This document shows, in pieces, positions 13,001-25,000 of a stretch of 64,000 nt of DNA (position 1 is its first letter; every line of letters starts with the position of its first letter). The notes below the pieces were generated by a model. It was not told the DNA's origin and did not search any database. It saw only the letters and a list, made by a program, of their open reading frames with translations. A program made the translations under genes and the position numbers. The stretch comes from Amphiscolops sp. MND2022 (lineage: Eukaryota): NCBI GenBank assembly GCA_964187785.1, contig OZ076409.1, positions 87,980,001 to 88,044,000 of the forward strand, given 5' to 3'.

Positions 13001-16000
13001 TTAGAAAGCCTATTTGGAGTATGACTCAAATGTTCTGTGGGGACGTTTATCTCATTAGAATGTATGCTGATACAAGATGAAAACAGGATCAGCAGAAAGA
13101 GTATATTGACTGGTTAAATAGATTGGATCATCATTTAAGAGTTGTATATTAACAAGAGAAAAAAGGGACCTATTTGGTCGAAACGGTTCAAGATTATGAA
13201 TCAAAAGCGATGATGACCAAAGAATGATCAACGAAGTGACCAAGTCACCTCAGAAGCTTGAAGTGCGGTCTGTGTATGTGTAAAGACACGATACTAAAGA
13301 AATGAATAAATATCATGACACGCGCTATCAAGATCCCAAAAGGGGGGAGAGAAGACTTTTATCCGAGAAAGTCATTACATAAAGGAGGGGGAAGCATACA
13401 TGGAAGAGTTCATGTGCATGTTGGTAACAGTTTCTTCAGGCAAATATATACATTTATCTCGCCAATGATTATCTTTATGAGTGCGGAAATAATCAATTTT
13501 CTCAAGCGGGGCGGAAAGCACCGGTTTGAGGGAGACTTTTTCTTTATTTTCTGTATCAAAGAAAGAAAATGGTTTGAAACGATGTAAACTTTTGCAACGG
13601 TGTAGTAGTAACGTCAAAAGAGCATGAAGTATCATTGAGATTAGAAAACTGCAAACTCCTATGAGGAGGGTGGTAGTGAATGTTGATGCTTTATTTATTT
13701 CACGTAAAAATGGACTTTTCATTTGAACCATTTTTGCAGCAATAGGTTGAGCGAGAGCAAAAAGTGAGTCATTTGCTCGGGAGGGATTATTGATGTATTT
13801 TATGTCATGTTTAATGGATTTCAGTAAGTCAATGGCAGCGGAAGTTTTTGTGTTGTAAAAAGGGAGTTCTGCTACAGATGGCAATGTACTCAATACTGCA
13901 GCTAGAGGGTCCGGAAGAAGGACATTCACTGTGACAGCTGGAAGCAGAGAACAACTGTCCAAATCTGATCGCAAGTGTAGATTGGGGCCAGAGAGTTGTT
14001 CACCACAACCCAAAGTGACAATACAAATTTTGCATCCATCCACTGTGGAAGAGTGAGCGGGTTGCATAGAGGTCATCTGGCTGCGACGTAGTTGAAAATT
14101 GGGAGAGGCAGACACAATGAGCCAGATCCCATAGCGAAGATTGATAGCTCGTTCGGTAGTGGGCAGTTGGTATGGTTTCACGTTGCATACTTGCATCGCT
14201 TGTACAAGATTTCCAAAGAATAATAGTGACAAACATGACGAATATAGGCCTTCAGTGGCAATCCCTTGGCGGCAGATGCTGTAACGGGCAGAGCCTATGC
14301 AGTGACCAATGTCACGATGGCTTAACAGGGCCGTTTCACGAGCATCGGCGGAGACTGCAAGGTATTCAGATTCAATGTCCCAAAGGAGAGCTATGTCTTC
14401 ATCTGGTTGGGGCATTGGGATAGGGATGGCCTGATATATCGTAATAACAGTTTGTTTGGAAGCTAGTGGAATTGACATGGTCAAAAAGAGGCCCTTTTCC
14501 AGGGTGACGACATCTTGGAAGAGTTGGGCATCATAGTATGACATGAGGTCGTTGAATGGAATTGCCAAAGTGAGTCGATCGTCAGAGTTGAATTGAATGT
14601 CCCCGACCTTCTGGAGAACTCGTTCCAGAGAATCCCGAGTCAGGAGTGACATCGGAACATACTTATTCAGCAACGCAGGGACACTGTTTAACAAGTTCAA
14701 TCGATAGGCAAAGAGGGCAGCACTGTAAGCCTTTATATTCGAATAGAAGAGTGCGAGCAAGGAGGCAACTGTGTCAAAATTGAAATTGATTTGTTGTCGT
14801 GTGAACAACAACTGGTCACAGTTACTCATTTCGTGGATGTCCTGGCGGAAAGTCTCCAATTGCTCTGAGATAAGGTGCCAATTGGCATTCTGTATCTCGG
14901 CCATCTGGTTTTGGACATCGTAAATTGATTGGAGCTCGCGACTCACAATATAAAACTTGTCATTCGTGACTGTGCGCAAATGTTCAAAATTTTCGAAGAG
15001 CTGAGATTGAGCCGTGAACATGCGGTTGATTGCTTCTTTGTTCTCCCTAGCCTGGCAATTTCCAAGAATTCCCATGAGGCCACAATCGCCAGATCCCATG
15101 GCAACACCTGAGCCAAAGAGGCCTATGGCTCCTAGGGCGATGGGTGCCAGAGGGAGAGCGCGTTTGGAGCGATTGGAAGAGGGAGATTGGATGGGTGGGG
15201 AAAGAAGCGAGGCAACTTCCTTACGAAGATTGATGATCGCTGTTTCTGCCAAAGAAACTTCCTTTTGAACTTCATTAACAAGCCAATGAACTTGGAAATC
15301 CTCCATTGAGACATTCGTGAATTGAAGGTTGCAGAAAAATGTCGGCATCTTCCACATTGAGTGAAGAGTATTCGTGATGTTACGGAGTTCGTCCTTGATG
15401 AATATGTCAAACTGTGGAAAAGGCAAGAGAAATTGGATGTTGATAAACTTCTCTGCCAAGAGAATCTTTTTATCTTCATGGAAGATTATGCCTTTCTTCA
15501 GATCTCCATCAGTACCGTCAAACGGGACGGGTGCAGAGAAAAGGCAATGCATGGAATGCAGAAGAAGAAAGATAAGAAAGACAGTCATTCCGACAGTTTG
15601 AATATTTTGTTACAGTGTTGTGAATTTCGATTTGTACTTGATGTATATTAAATTTTCAAGAGAGCGAGTTTTTTTTGGCGAGTTTCAGCAAAGTGAGAAT
15701 GAAAAAATGCTTGTGGTGTAAGCAACCGTTGTTGAATTGATCAGCGAGAGTTATGATTCGAAAGTGAACATTATTCGAGAAGAGTTAATATTTACACCAC
15801 ACCTTTTCCGGTGGGTATTTGATTTTGCTAGCAAAGGGTGTGCCTGAGTTGTTTATTTGTGAATTCGAGAAAATACTTCGTGAGGAGTACCTTATATGGG
15901 TGTTGTGATCATTTATGGTAAGAATCAATAAAAATGGTATGCGTGAACAAATTTTGATACAATTTGAACAAAATTTTCTTGAGAGGTACTTTTTGAAAGT

Positions 16001-19000
16001 GTTCATTGCTACTTTGCTATTGTTTCAAATTCAGTCAGTCGTTTTGAAAGTCAGTGTTTCAAAGTTGAGATCAAGTCCGTTTTGATTATCTACTATCGAG
16101 AGTCGTCAGTTTTATTCTGCAAGCAGTTCATCAGAGTAATTGAAAAAAGTAAGTTCCAAGTTAACATGTGTGATCGAGTTTTTCAGACAAACTTTGAAAA
16201 AAATGTCTTGCCTTACGGCAAAATTCAAAGAGTTTGTGCTCTTGTCTTGCCCTGAGGGCACATACGTGAGAAGGGGAGGCCGGCTTCTCTCCTTCATCGC
16301 CGAATGGCACCCGGACTGCCCCACCAGAAGGAGGAGCCCCGTCAGCGCAGGGCAGACAGAGGCCCTCGCAACTGGATGGGTCGTTGTGGGGTTGTGTGTG
16401 GCGGCAATGGCCGCAGTCGGATGGCTTCTGGTGAAGCGCTGGCGAGCCAGGCGGGCGTGAGCCAGCAGTTTTAGAAGTAGTTTTAGACAGTAGTAGACTA
16501 ACTTAGACTTTTGAATTTAGAATTTGTAGCTTTTAGAATTGTAGATATTTGTATAATTGAAGAGAAAAAAAATCAAATGTAGTATGTTCTAGAGCATTTG
16601 CAATGCGCAAACGTATGAATTTCAGTGAGTGAAAGCAGACAGCGTCATGATTGAAATGTTTCAGAGCGTGTTTGAGAATGGATCGCTTTTTGAGAGAGGC
16701 TGTCATGGCATATTTGAAGGAGGGAAAAATGGATACTGTGGTGTTGACCACAGCTGAGAAAAGAGGCAACTTCAAGAAATTTTGTCTGAATATGAAGGTG
16801 GGCGTGGACGGGAAGTTGCTGTACAAGGGGCGAAGGCATGACTTTCGACCTGTGCCTACCCCCGAACAGGTGGACAACGTTTTATACAAGGTCCACGTGA
16901 AGGGATACAAAGAGGGAGAGAGCGACTTCAACAAGGAGCATTACCGAGGGGCACAGAGGCACATCGACGCCTTGTCAAACGCTGGATTTGGCTATCCCTC
17001 AGCATTGGGCGGATTGGCTGCACTCGTAAACGAGTGAGTAGTTTTTGATTTGATACGCAAAAGGAAGAATACTAATTTTGTTCTAAAAAAAAATGGGGTC
17101 ATAGAGATGTGAACATGTAGTGCAATATATTTCAAATTAGCGGAAAACGATGTGTTGTAGGTTCCTGAGGAACTGTCAGACCTGCTACTTCAAGAGCAGT
17201 GAAGGGATGAAGAAGCAGATGTATCTCTCAGTGCCGTTAGAAAAGCGAGTGGAGTTATGTCAGCGATTCGGGTACACTTGCATGTGGGAGAAGCAAACAA
17301 GAACCACAGGAAGTGTTCCGATAGAGCTCGGAGAACCGAGTCGGAAGGAGCCAATGGGAGAACTAGCAGAAGTCGGCGGAGAGTGTTTTTTCTCCAGCGT
17401 CTACTATCTCCTATGCGGAAGAAAATCAGGTCAGTATCAACAAATACGGAAAAAAAACCTGTGTAGGGCTCTTGACATAACTAGAGATGAAATAAAAAAA
17501 AACGAAAATTCATAAATTTTGCTTCAGAGCGGAAGCACACTAATGCCAGCAGAAAATGCAAGGCTATCCGGGTTGCAGCGACACAGGCAATGCAAACGGA
17601 TACTTTCAAGGAGTTTTGTCGAGCCAGTCTGGGGACAGCTCCGAATGACTTCTTAGCGCGAGAATGTGCTAAGGTCACAGCAAGCATTTCCGAAGCGGCA
17701 GTTAGTGGTTCGACCAGAATCTTCAAGGTTATGGTAGGTCTTCAAATCGGGCTGATTTGAGATGTTTTTACAGATTCTAGCCACTGCTTGGGTGCTCGGA
17801 TTGGATCTCATGGTCTACTGGCAATATTGGGACAAAGGAGGGTGGATCCGATATCGACATGGGCCCAACAGTAGCGCACGAGGCAGAAGCCTATTATGTC
17901 AGGCAATACAGGGCGGGGAACGATTTCGAACCCGGTTCCATTGCGAACCCTTGCCAGATTTCCCTGAGCCAGAGTAAGTACGATATACAAGATATATCAG
18001 AGAATCCAAAGCGAGAAATGAAAGAAATATGAGCAATAATGGAATAATTTCGTGTTTTGTACAGACTAATAACTTCAGTGCGTGTCCGGGGGCTTCCTGA
18101 GCAAGCCTTCCAAGAGGAGGAAGAACATGGAGCCTGTGGGACAAGCGCCAGTCCATAAAATGGGTGAGAGAATAACTTTATTTTTCGTAAAACACTCGAA
18201 AATATAAGATTTCGGCCATATTTGGGCTTATTTTGCGAGCATTAGAAGCCAAAGGGCGTTCAAAATAAAGCAAAATGAAAGTCTATGGATGTACAGACCC
18301 GTACGCGTGGAAGCAGAAGCAAAAAGTACAGTAAGAACTAAAAAATTGAGGAAAAAATTGAAATTTTCCAATATCCAGGAGGTGAGCCTCCGGGGTATGT
18401 CAGAAAAACTTTTTTTTATATTTTTTTGCTTCGATTTTCAATTTTTTGTGCTAAATCGATAGGAAACCGAAAAATAATCGGCTGCTTGGAGTTTTCCGGG
18501 GTGAAAAAGCCATAGTTTTAATTTTTGGGCATGTTAGAGGGTCCATTAGGGGGGGTCAAAATTTCGATCCAAATTTAGGGCAAAATTTCACAAAGAAAGA
18601 AATGGTTGCGGTAGGATCTGAGGCCTGGAGTGGAAGCTCCAAAGTCTACAGATTGTAATGGTACTAGGTCCGTAGCGGTACGATCGGTAGTCATAGAGAA
18701 AATGGCATTTTAAGGCAAATTTTCACCATTTGCAGGGTCTGTTTGGTACATGGGCCGAAAAATTTCGATGTAAAGCGAGGATTTTGAGTACTCTAAAGTG
18801 CAGTGGAAGGTATGGTGAGGTGAACTCAAGTATGTGAAAGCGAAATTGATGGTTCGTGGCAAAAAAAATTTAATAAAAATGAAAAAAAGTGTAAAAATCA
18901 GTCAAATCGATAGTTTATATCCTTGAAAGGCAAAGTCTATTTCCAACGATTTGGGTTGAAAAAAGACCTTTTGGTAGGGTTTTGGCGTAAGCGCTGGGGT

Positions 19001-22000
19001 CTACCAGTGCTAGATTGAACGGAAGTGACGGTCGTAGTCACAGAAGCAGAGGGGGTTGATGTAGTAGGATAATTAAGATGACGTACGGCTGCTAACGATT
19101 GACGTAGCGTGTTGTAGTCAATAACATCAGGATGACGCATAGGGCTTAAAGGTGATACAGGGCGGGGCAAGCGACTAGGCTGTGCACGAGGGGTCGTTAT
19201 AGGGGTACTAGAACGAGGAGGTTGAAATGGGGTATTTATCTGAGATGGGCGAGGTATCAAAGATGGGGAACACAGAGGGTGTTGTCCCAGAGGAGAAGGA
19301 AAGTGTAAAGGGTCTTGCGCAGATGGCATGGAAAGGGGTTGAGAACCCGTAGAGGAGCCAGAATGGCTCATGCGTAGACGAGCATTATTAATTTCAGTTT
19401 CAGAAAATCCTGAAAAGGTAGAGGAGTCAGAAAAAGATGGGTACAATGAGGTCGGTGCAGCAGCTAAAGATGGCTGCGCATGTTGGGTAAAAGTAAGAGT
19501 GGTGGTAGACGGTACAAAAGGGACGTCCAAAACTTGCTCATAGTGATCAGAGTCACTAGAATGGTCAGAAGAGATATCCGTATAATATTGCAGAGGAGGT
19601 GGAAAAGCGGAAGTGTTAGGACGCTCCATTTGCAAAGGGGGTCTTGGCTGTAAACGGGGCAGAGGGGGTAATTCTCTATGCTGAGATCCAAGGGGGGCCG
19701 GAGCCACGGGCGGCGGTGCTTGTGGCGGTGCTGGTGCTGGAGCTAGTGCTCGACGAGGAACGTAATAAAAAAGCACATTTGGAGTTTCACTAGGGTCACT
19801 TTCGTAATGGAAAGTTTTGTCAGAAAGAAGATCTGGGAGAGCTTCATCAAAAAGTGCCGGCTCTGAGACTGTTCTAGTTATGGGATCCGGAGTAAAATCA
19901 GCTGGATTTATGTGTGGCAAGTCATCCACAGTGTACTGAGGCTGGATTGGACGAAGGCGAATCCGGTGAACACATTGTGTGTTATGTGTTCCAACTTTAC
20001 GGATAATGTAATTGGAGTTTGTAAGAACAATTTCAACTCGATAAAGGGGGAGCCATTTCGTCAGTGATTTGCCCATATAGTCATTCACATTCGTTAGTTT
20101 AGGATTGAGCAAAAGACAATAACTGTGTTTTTTCAGCGGCGCTGCGGATGCTTTTCGGTCATAGAAATGACGGTATTTGTTATAAGCAGTTATCGTCGCA
20201 TCGCGAGCAGCGGAAAAAACTTCATTCATTTTATCTTGCCCAGTGCTGGTAAAGTCATATTGAGTTTCTAACGTCTGTAAGAGCTTATTGTTAAAACGTA
20301 AGTCCAACGGAGTGATTGGTTGGCGACCATGAAATAGGAAAGTAGGTGTACATCCTATCGTAGCATGGTAAGACGTGTTGTGGACAAACACTGCTAGATC
20401 TACATACGCATGCCAATCACGTTTAATGTGATTTTCATAAATTCCCAAGTACTGTTTAAGAGACGCATGGGTGCGCTCAATAGAACCCACTGTTTGAGGG
20501 TGTTTAATAGTAGCATAGTTTAAGTTATTCTCCAAAAGTTTGCATAATTCTTGCATGATTTTTGCCGTAAACGCAGTTCCCATATCCGAGAGGATAATTT
20601 TAGGGAGATACGTTGTTCGCATGAAAATTTGAAACAATTGTTTCGCGATGTTGGGTGCACTAGCGTTTCGAAGAGGAATGGCAAAGAGATATTTGGTTAA
20701 AGTGTCTTTGGCTGTTAAAATGTGCGTAAAACCACTTGAGTCCGGTAGGCGACCGACTAAGTCAATTTGCAACATATCTCCAGGGAGATATTTATCCGTA
20801 GCTAAGGACAACAAAGGAGGTTTTTGGGTGGCGTGCTTTACAGGTTTTACTTGTAGGCAAGACGAACAATTTTTGACATAGGCAGTTAGGGCTTCGACAA
20901 AGTTCGGAAAGTAAAAATATTGTCGAAAAAGTGTGGCTGTTTTAGTTATGCCTGAGTGGCCTGCGAATTTGCTATTATGGACCCGGTATAGAACTTCTTT
21001 ACGTAAATGTTTGGGTACGACATATTGTCGGGTGATATTTCGGCCTGTGTGGTCAAAAAATTTCCGATAAAGGACACCTTGGTGTAGCTCTAAACGATCA
21101 AAATGTTTCAAGTATTTAGCTAATTCTTGATTCATATATGGTGAAGGGGAAGGCGTTCCCTTTTCAAACCACGTCAAAACAGTTCGAATGTTAGGGTCTT
21201 GCAATTGTTCTTTTTGTAAATCCAGGGGATCCTTTTTGTCAGCTAGATCAAAGGTATCTAAGGGGTTTGGTGCATGCAGAGCATTAAGAGTTGGAAGTGT
21301 GCCAGAAATGTCTTTATTAGTACACAAAATCGAGTACTCTAAACGAAGAGAATTAAGCGTGTTATCAGGGACTTGCATTCCCATATTTAGGTGCACGTCA
21401 GCTACTGGAAGTTTCGAGTTGAACCGTAGTTCCAATTTCGTGTGCGGTTGTAAGTGAATTCGAGACAAATAATCTGCGGCGGCGTTCGCTTTTCCCGGTA
21501 TGTGTCCTAAGACAAAGTTAAAGTTTAGGACATGATCGACGCATGTCCAGAGGCTGGAGGGAATAGTTTTCGCTTGGAAGAATCTCGTAAGACTCTTATT
21601 GTCAGTTAAAACTAAGACTGGTTTGGAAGAGCCCCAAAGAATGTGGGCAAAAGTGTCGAACGCAAAATGAACCGCTAGAAATTCTTTGGCATAAATAGAG
21701 AGTTTGAGATAAGTGGGCGTAAAAATTTTTGATCCAAAGGAAACGGGTACATAGGTTTTATATGTACTACCACTTTGGTCAGTAATGTAGTCCTCAATCA
21801 TCAATACGTAACCTGCTGCGTAAAAGCTTGCGTCAGTGAGGATAACGTATTGTGCGTCTGGTTTCGGTAGACGGAGTGACATCGTGCATGCTTGTTCTAA
21901 GTCTTTTCGTAACACTTCGATACTTTGGTGGTGTTCATCCGTTAATATCATATCGTTCTCTTGACGAAGTAAGCGATAGAACGGAAGGAGTTTTTCTCCT

Positions 22001-25000
22001 AGTTTTGGAATAAAAGAGCGAAAATATTGGAAAAATCCAAGAAATCGTCTAATTTGTTTTGCTGTTTTAGGAACTTTCAGGGTAGACAGGAATTACGATA
22101 CTTTGGCTCTATTCGGAGACATTCCTTCACTTGTAATAGTGCTACCTAGGAAAGTCATTTCTTTCAATCCAAATTCGCATTTTGATGGTGTAAATTTGAG
22201 ACCTGTTTTTTCGACACAAAGGAAGATAGCTTCGAGGTTGCTTAGAAATTCATCAAACGTTCGTGCAGCTGTTCCTATATCGTCCACGTATTGAAAGCAC
22301 TGATCTGCTACAATACACGGGTACAGGTACTTTCTCATAAAGGAACTGAAAGCGCTCACAGAACGGCTAAGTCCTTGTGCGAGACGAAGGTAGGCGAACG
22401 TGCGAGAAAGAAAATTAAACGACAGCAATTGTACCGAAAGTGGATCTGCCATTTGTAAGACATGATACGCCTGACTGCAATCTAACTTGGCAAAATATTT
22501 CTTCCCAGCGAGATGTGCATTAACATCTGCTAATGTAGCAATGGGGAAGTTGTGATTGTCAGAATCATGTCTGATTAAATGGTTGATCCGTCTCAAATCT
22601 ACCAAAATTCGTAACTTACCAGAGGGCTTGCGGACAGCGAAAATAGGGCTGGAGTATTTTGAATACGTTAGCGTGGTGATGATACCCCAGTATTGAAGCA
22701 AAGCGAGTTCGACTAAGACTTCGTCACGGTAGTGAATCGGTGTTGGAGGCCCTTGTGTGTACATCGGTTTATCATTTTCCGGAGTGAGTTTAACTTTAAA
22801 CTCCTCATTTGCACCGATATCTAAGCGGTGGCGGGCAAAGATGTAGTGAAACCGTAGTAACAACTGTTCGACTTTTGTTTTTTGTTCAGTAGTGAAAATG
22901 GAATTCTGCCATGGAAATTGTTCTAAAAATTGCTTACGATGTTCGTCGTTTGTAATCGGATCAAGGTTCTCTTTTGCTCGTAGTGCAACGATTTCATCAT
23001 AGATTCGTTTGTTGATTCCAGTTAATAGTTCAGGGTGCAAACAATTTTCCGGAGTAGGGAACCAGAGTCCATCCGATGAGGGATAAACTTTGGTGCCTGT
23101 ATCCGCAATCAAAGTATTGACGCTTTTGGAAAAATGCTCCGAAAGAAGAGCAGGACTTACGGGTTGCAAGTACTGCGGCTGTTTGGCTGTTAAAATGGTA
23201 ACTTTGGCGATTGACGCGTTTTTTGAAACAGTAACTTTGTGTGGGAGAATATTTAAAATTCCTAAAGAGACTTATTTCTTTTCGTTGAATTTCACTATTG
23301 CGCTTGTGACGCAAAGTCCGGTTTCTTTTTCAAACCTAGGATTAGGTTCAACTATCGCGACTGTTCCTTCAGGGAAGGCTTCCGTCGAAAGGGTGCAAGT
23401 TAAAATTTCCGAAGAGTTAGGGTTTACAGTCAATGACTGAGTTGAGTGGAGAAAAAGGTTCTTTTTCTGTGTTAGTGAACTAACTTTTCCGTCTTTGTGG
23501 ATACGTTCGGTTAGTTGAATGGTTAAGTTAGGCAATTTCAACGTTCTGGTTTTAGGGTGTATTACTACATCGTGTTTTTCAAAGAACGGTAGACCTAAAA
23601 TTGTCTGATTCATTGATTTCATCAAGATAAAGGTTTCAGTAAAAGGCTCATTAGCAATTTTAAAGTGGGCTTTAAAAGTTCCAAAAGTGGTTACTGAAGC
23701 TCCATTAGCGACTTTAACAGTGCTTGTTTCTGGATTATAATTACTTATAGATGATGGGCAATGTTTTTGGAGTTTTTCAAAAATGTTTAGTGGCATAGCA
23801 CTTGAAAATGCTCCTGTGTCAATAAGAGCTTTCACAGGGAAAGAAAAATGAATTGGAACTGAAAAAAGGGAGGTGCGAGGTTTAGTGGAGAGGACATTTA
23901 TGGAGTTAGAAAAGCAAGAAGATATAGAAGAATAAGGAGATAAAGGGTTACGGGTTAAGTGTGGCTCACCTAGTTTTTTTGGTTCTGATTGTTTTGTGTG
24001 GCACCATATGGGTTCGACCACGGAGATGACATTGTATAGGGTTGCCAAACTTGTTGTTGGGACTGTTGCATCATCGGCGGCTGCATATTTTGGTATTGGA
24101 ATGCTTGAGTTGTCATTTGGTTATAAGGGAGAGCTGCAGGTCCTCCCGGTGGGTTGCGAAACCAACACTTGGACGGAGGGTGTCCAAAGCGATTACAAAT
24201 GTTGCAATGTATACGGCCAGATCGTGCGTATTGGTTGTTGTTGTTGTTGTTGTTGTTTCTGGGCTGATTGTTTTGGTTTCTATTTTTCCAGTTCTGGTTT
24301 CGGTTTTGCCAGTTTTGATTTTTGTTCTGGTTATTTTTCTGGTTGTTAGGGCGCTGCTGGTTGTTATTATTATTACCGCGCTGATTGAAGTTGCGGTTGT
24401 TTTGCTGTTGATTTTGATTATTAAGTACAGGAGTAAGACTTTCTATCATTTGCTTCATTTCCGTAGAGAGCTTACTTGTTTCCTGTTTCAGCGTATCCTG
24501 GGCCTTGGACAACTCGTGGATGCCAGCAAGTAGGTCCTTAGTGGAGCAACTACTTATCTCGTTGAAGGCACTATCGTCGTCTTCGGGATAAAGACGATCA
24601 ACTATCATCCTACTCGCGGCTTTCGAGCAAACATCCTCTACTGTGGTTTCATCGGGCTGTGTGAGCAGAAATCGCTTGATTTGCGTGGGCATTCCGTTTA
24701 TGAAAGCCTCTTTGATACTTCGATTTCTCTCCTGGGCGCGATCTTCAGCAACTACAGCGGGTCGTCCGCCAGCAGCAGCACGAGCTGCGACATCTGGGTA
24801 TGCTTCAATTGCGAGTCGTTGCAGGTCCGTCAAGAAGTCCTGTGCACTTTCGTCTGATGTCTTCATCTTCCTAGCTTGGAAGAGCAGTTTTTGGAGTTGA
24901 ACACGCTGATCATTAAGATAGCGTTCACGAAGAGCTGGAATGGCGACATCGTAGTCGTTCCGTGTTGCGTCTGGCTGTTGGTCAAAGAATGACAATGCTC

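Noticed and set aside
15600..18930. Intact nested Ginger/DNA transposon
   Set aside because: No DDE core, TIRs or TSD could be found by eye; kept only as a possible origin of the OTU gene.
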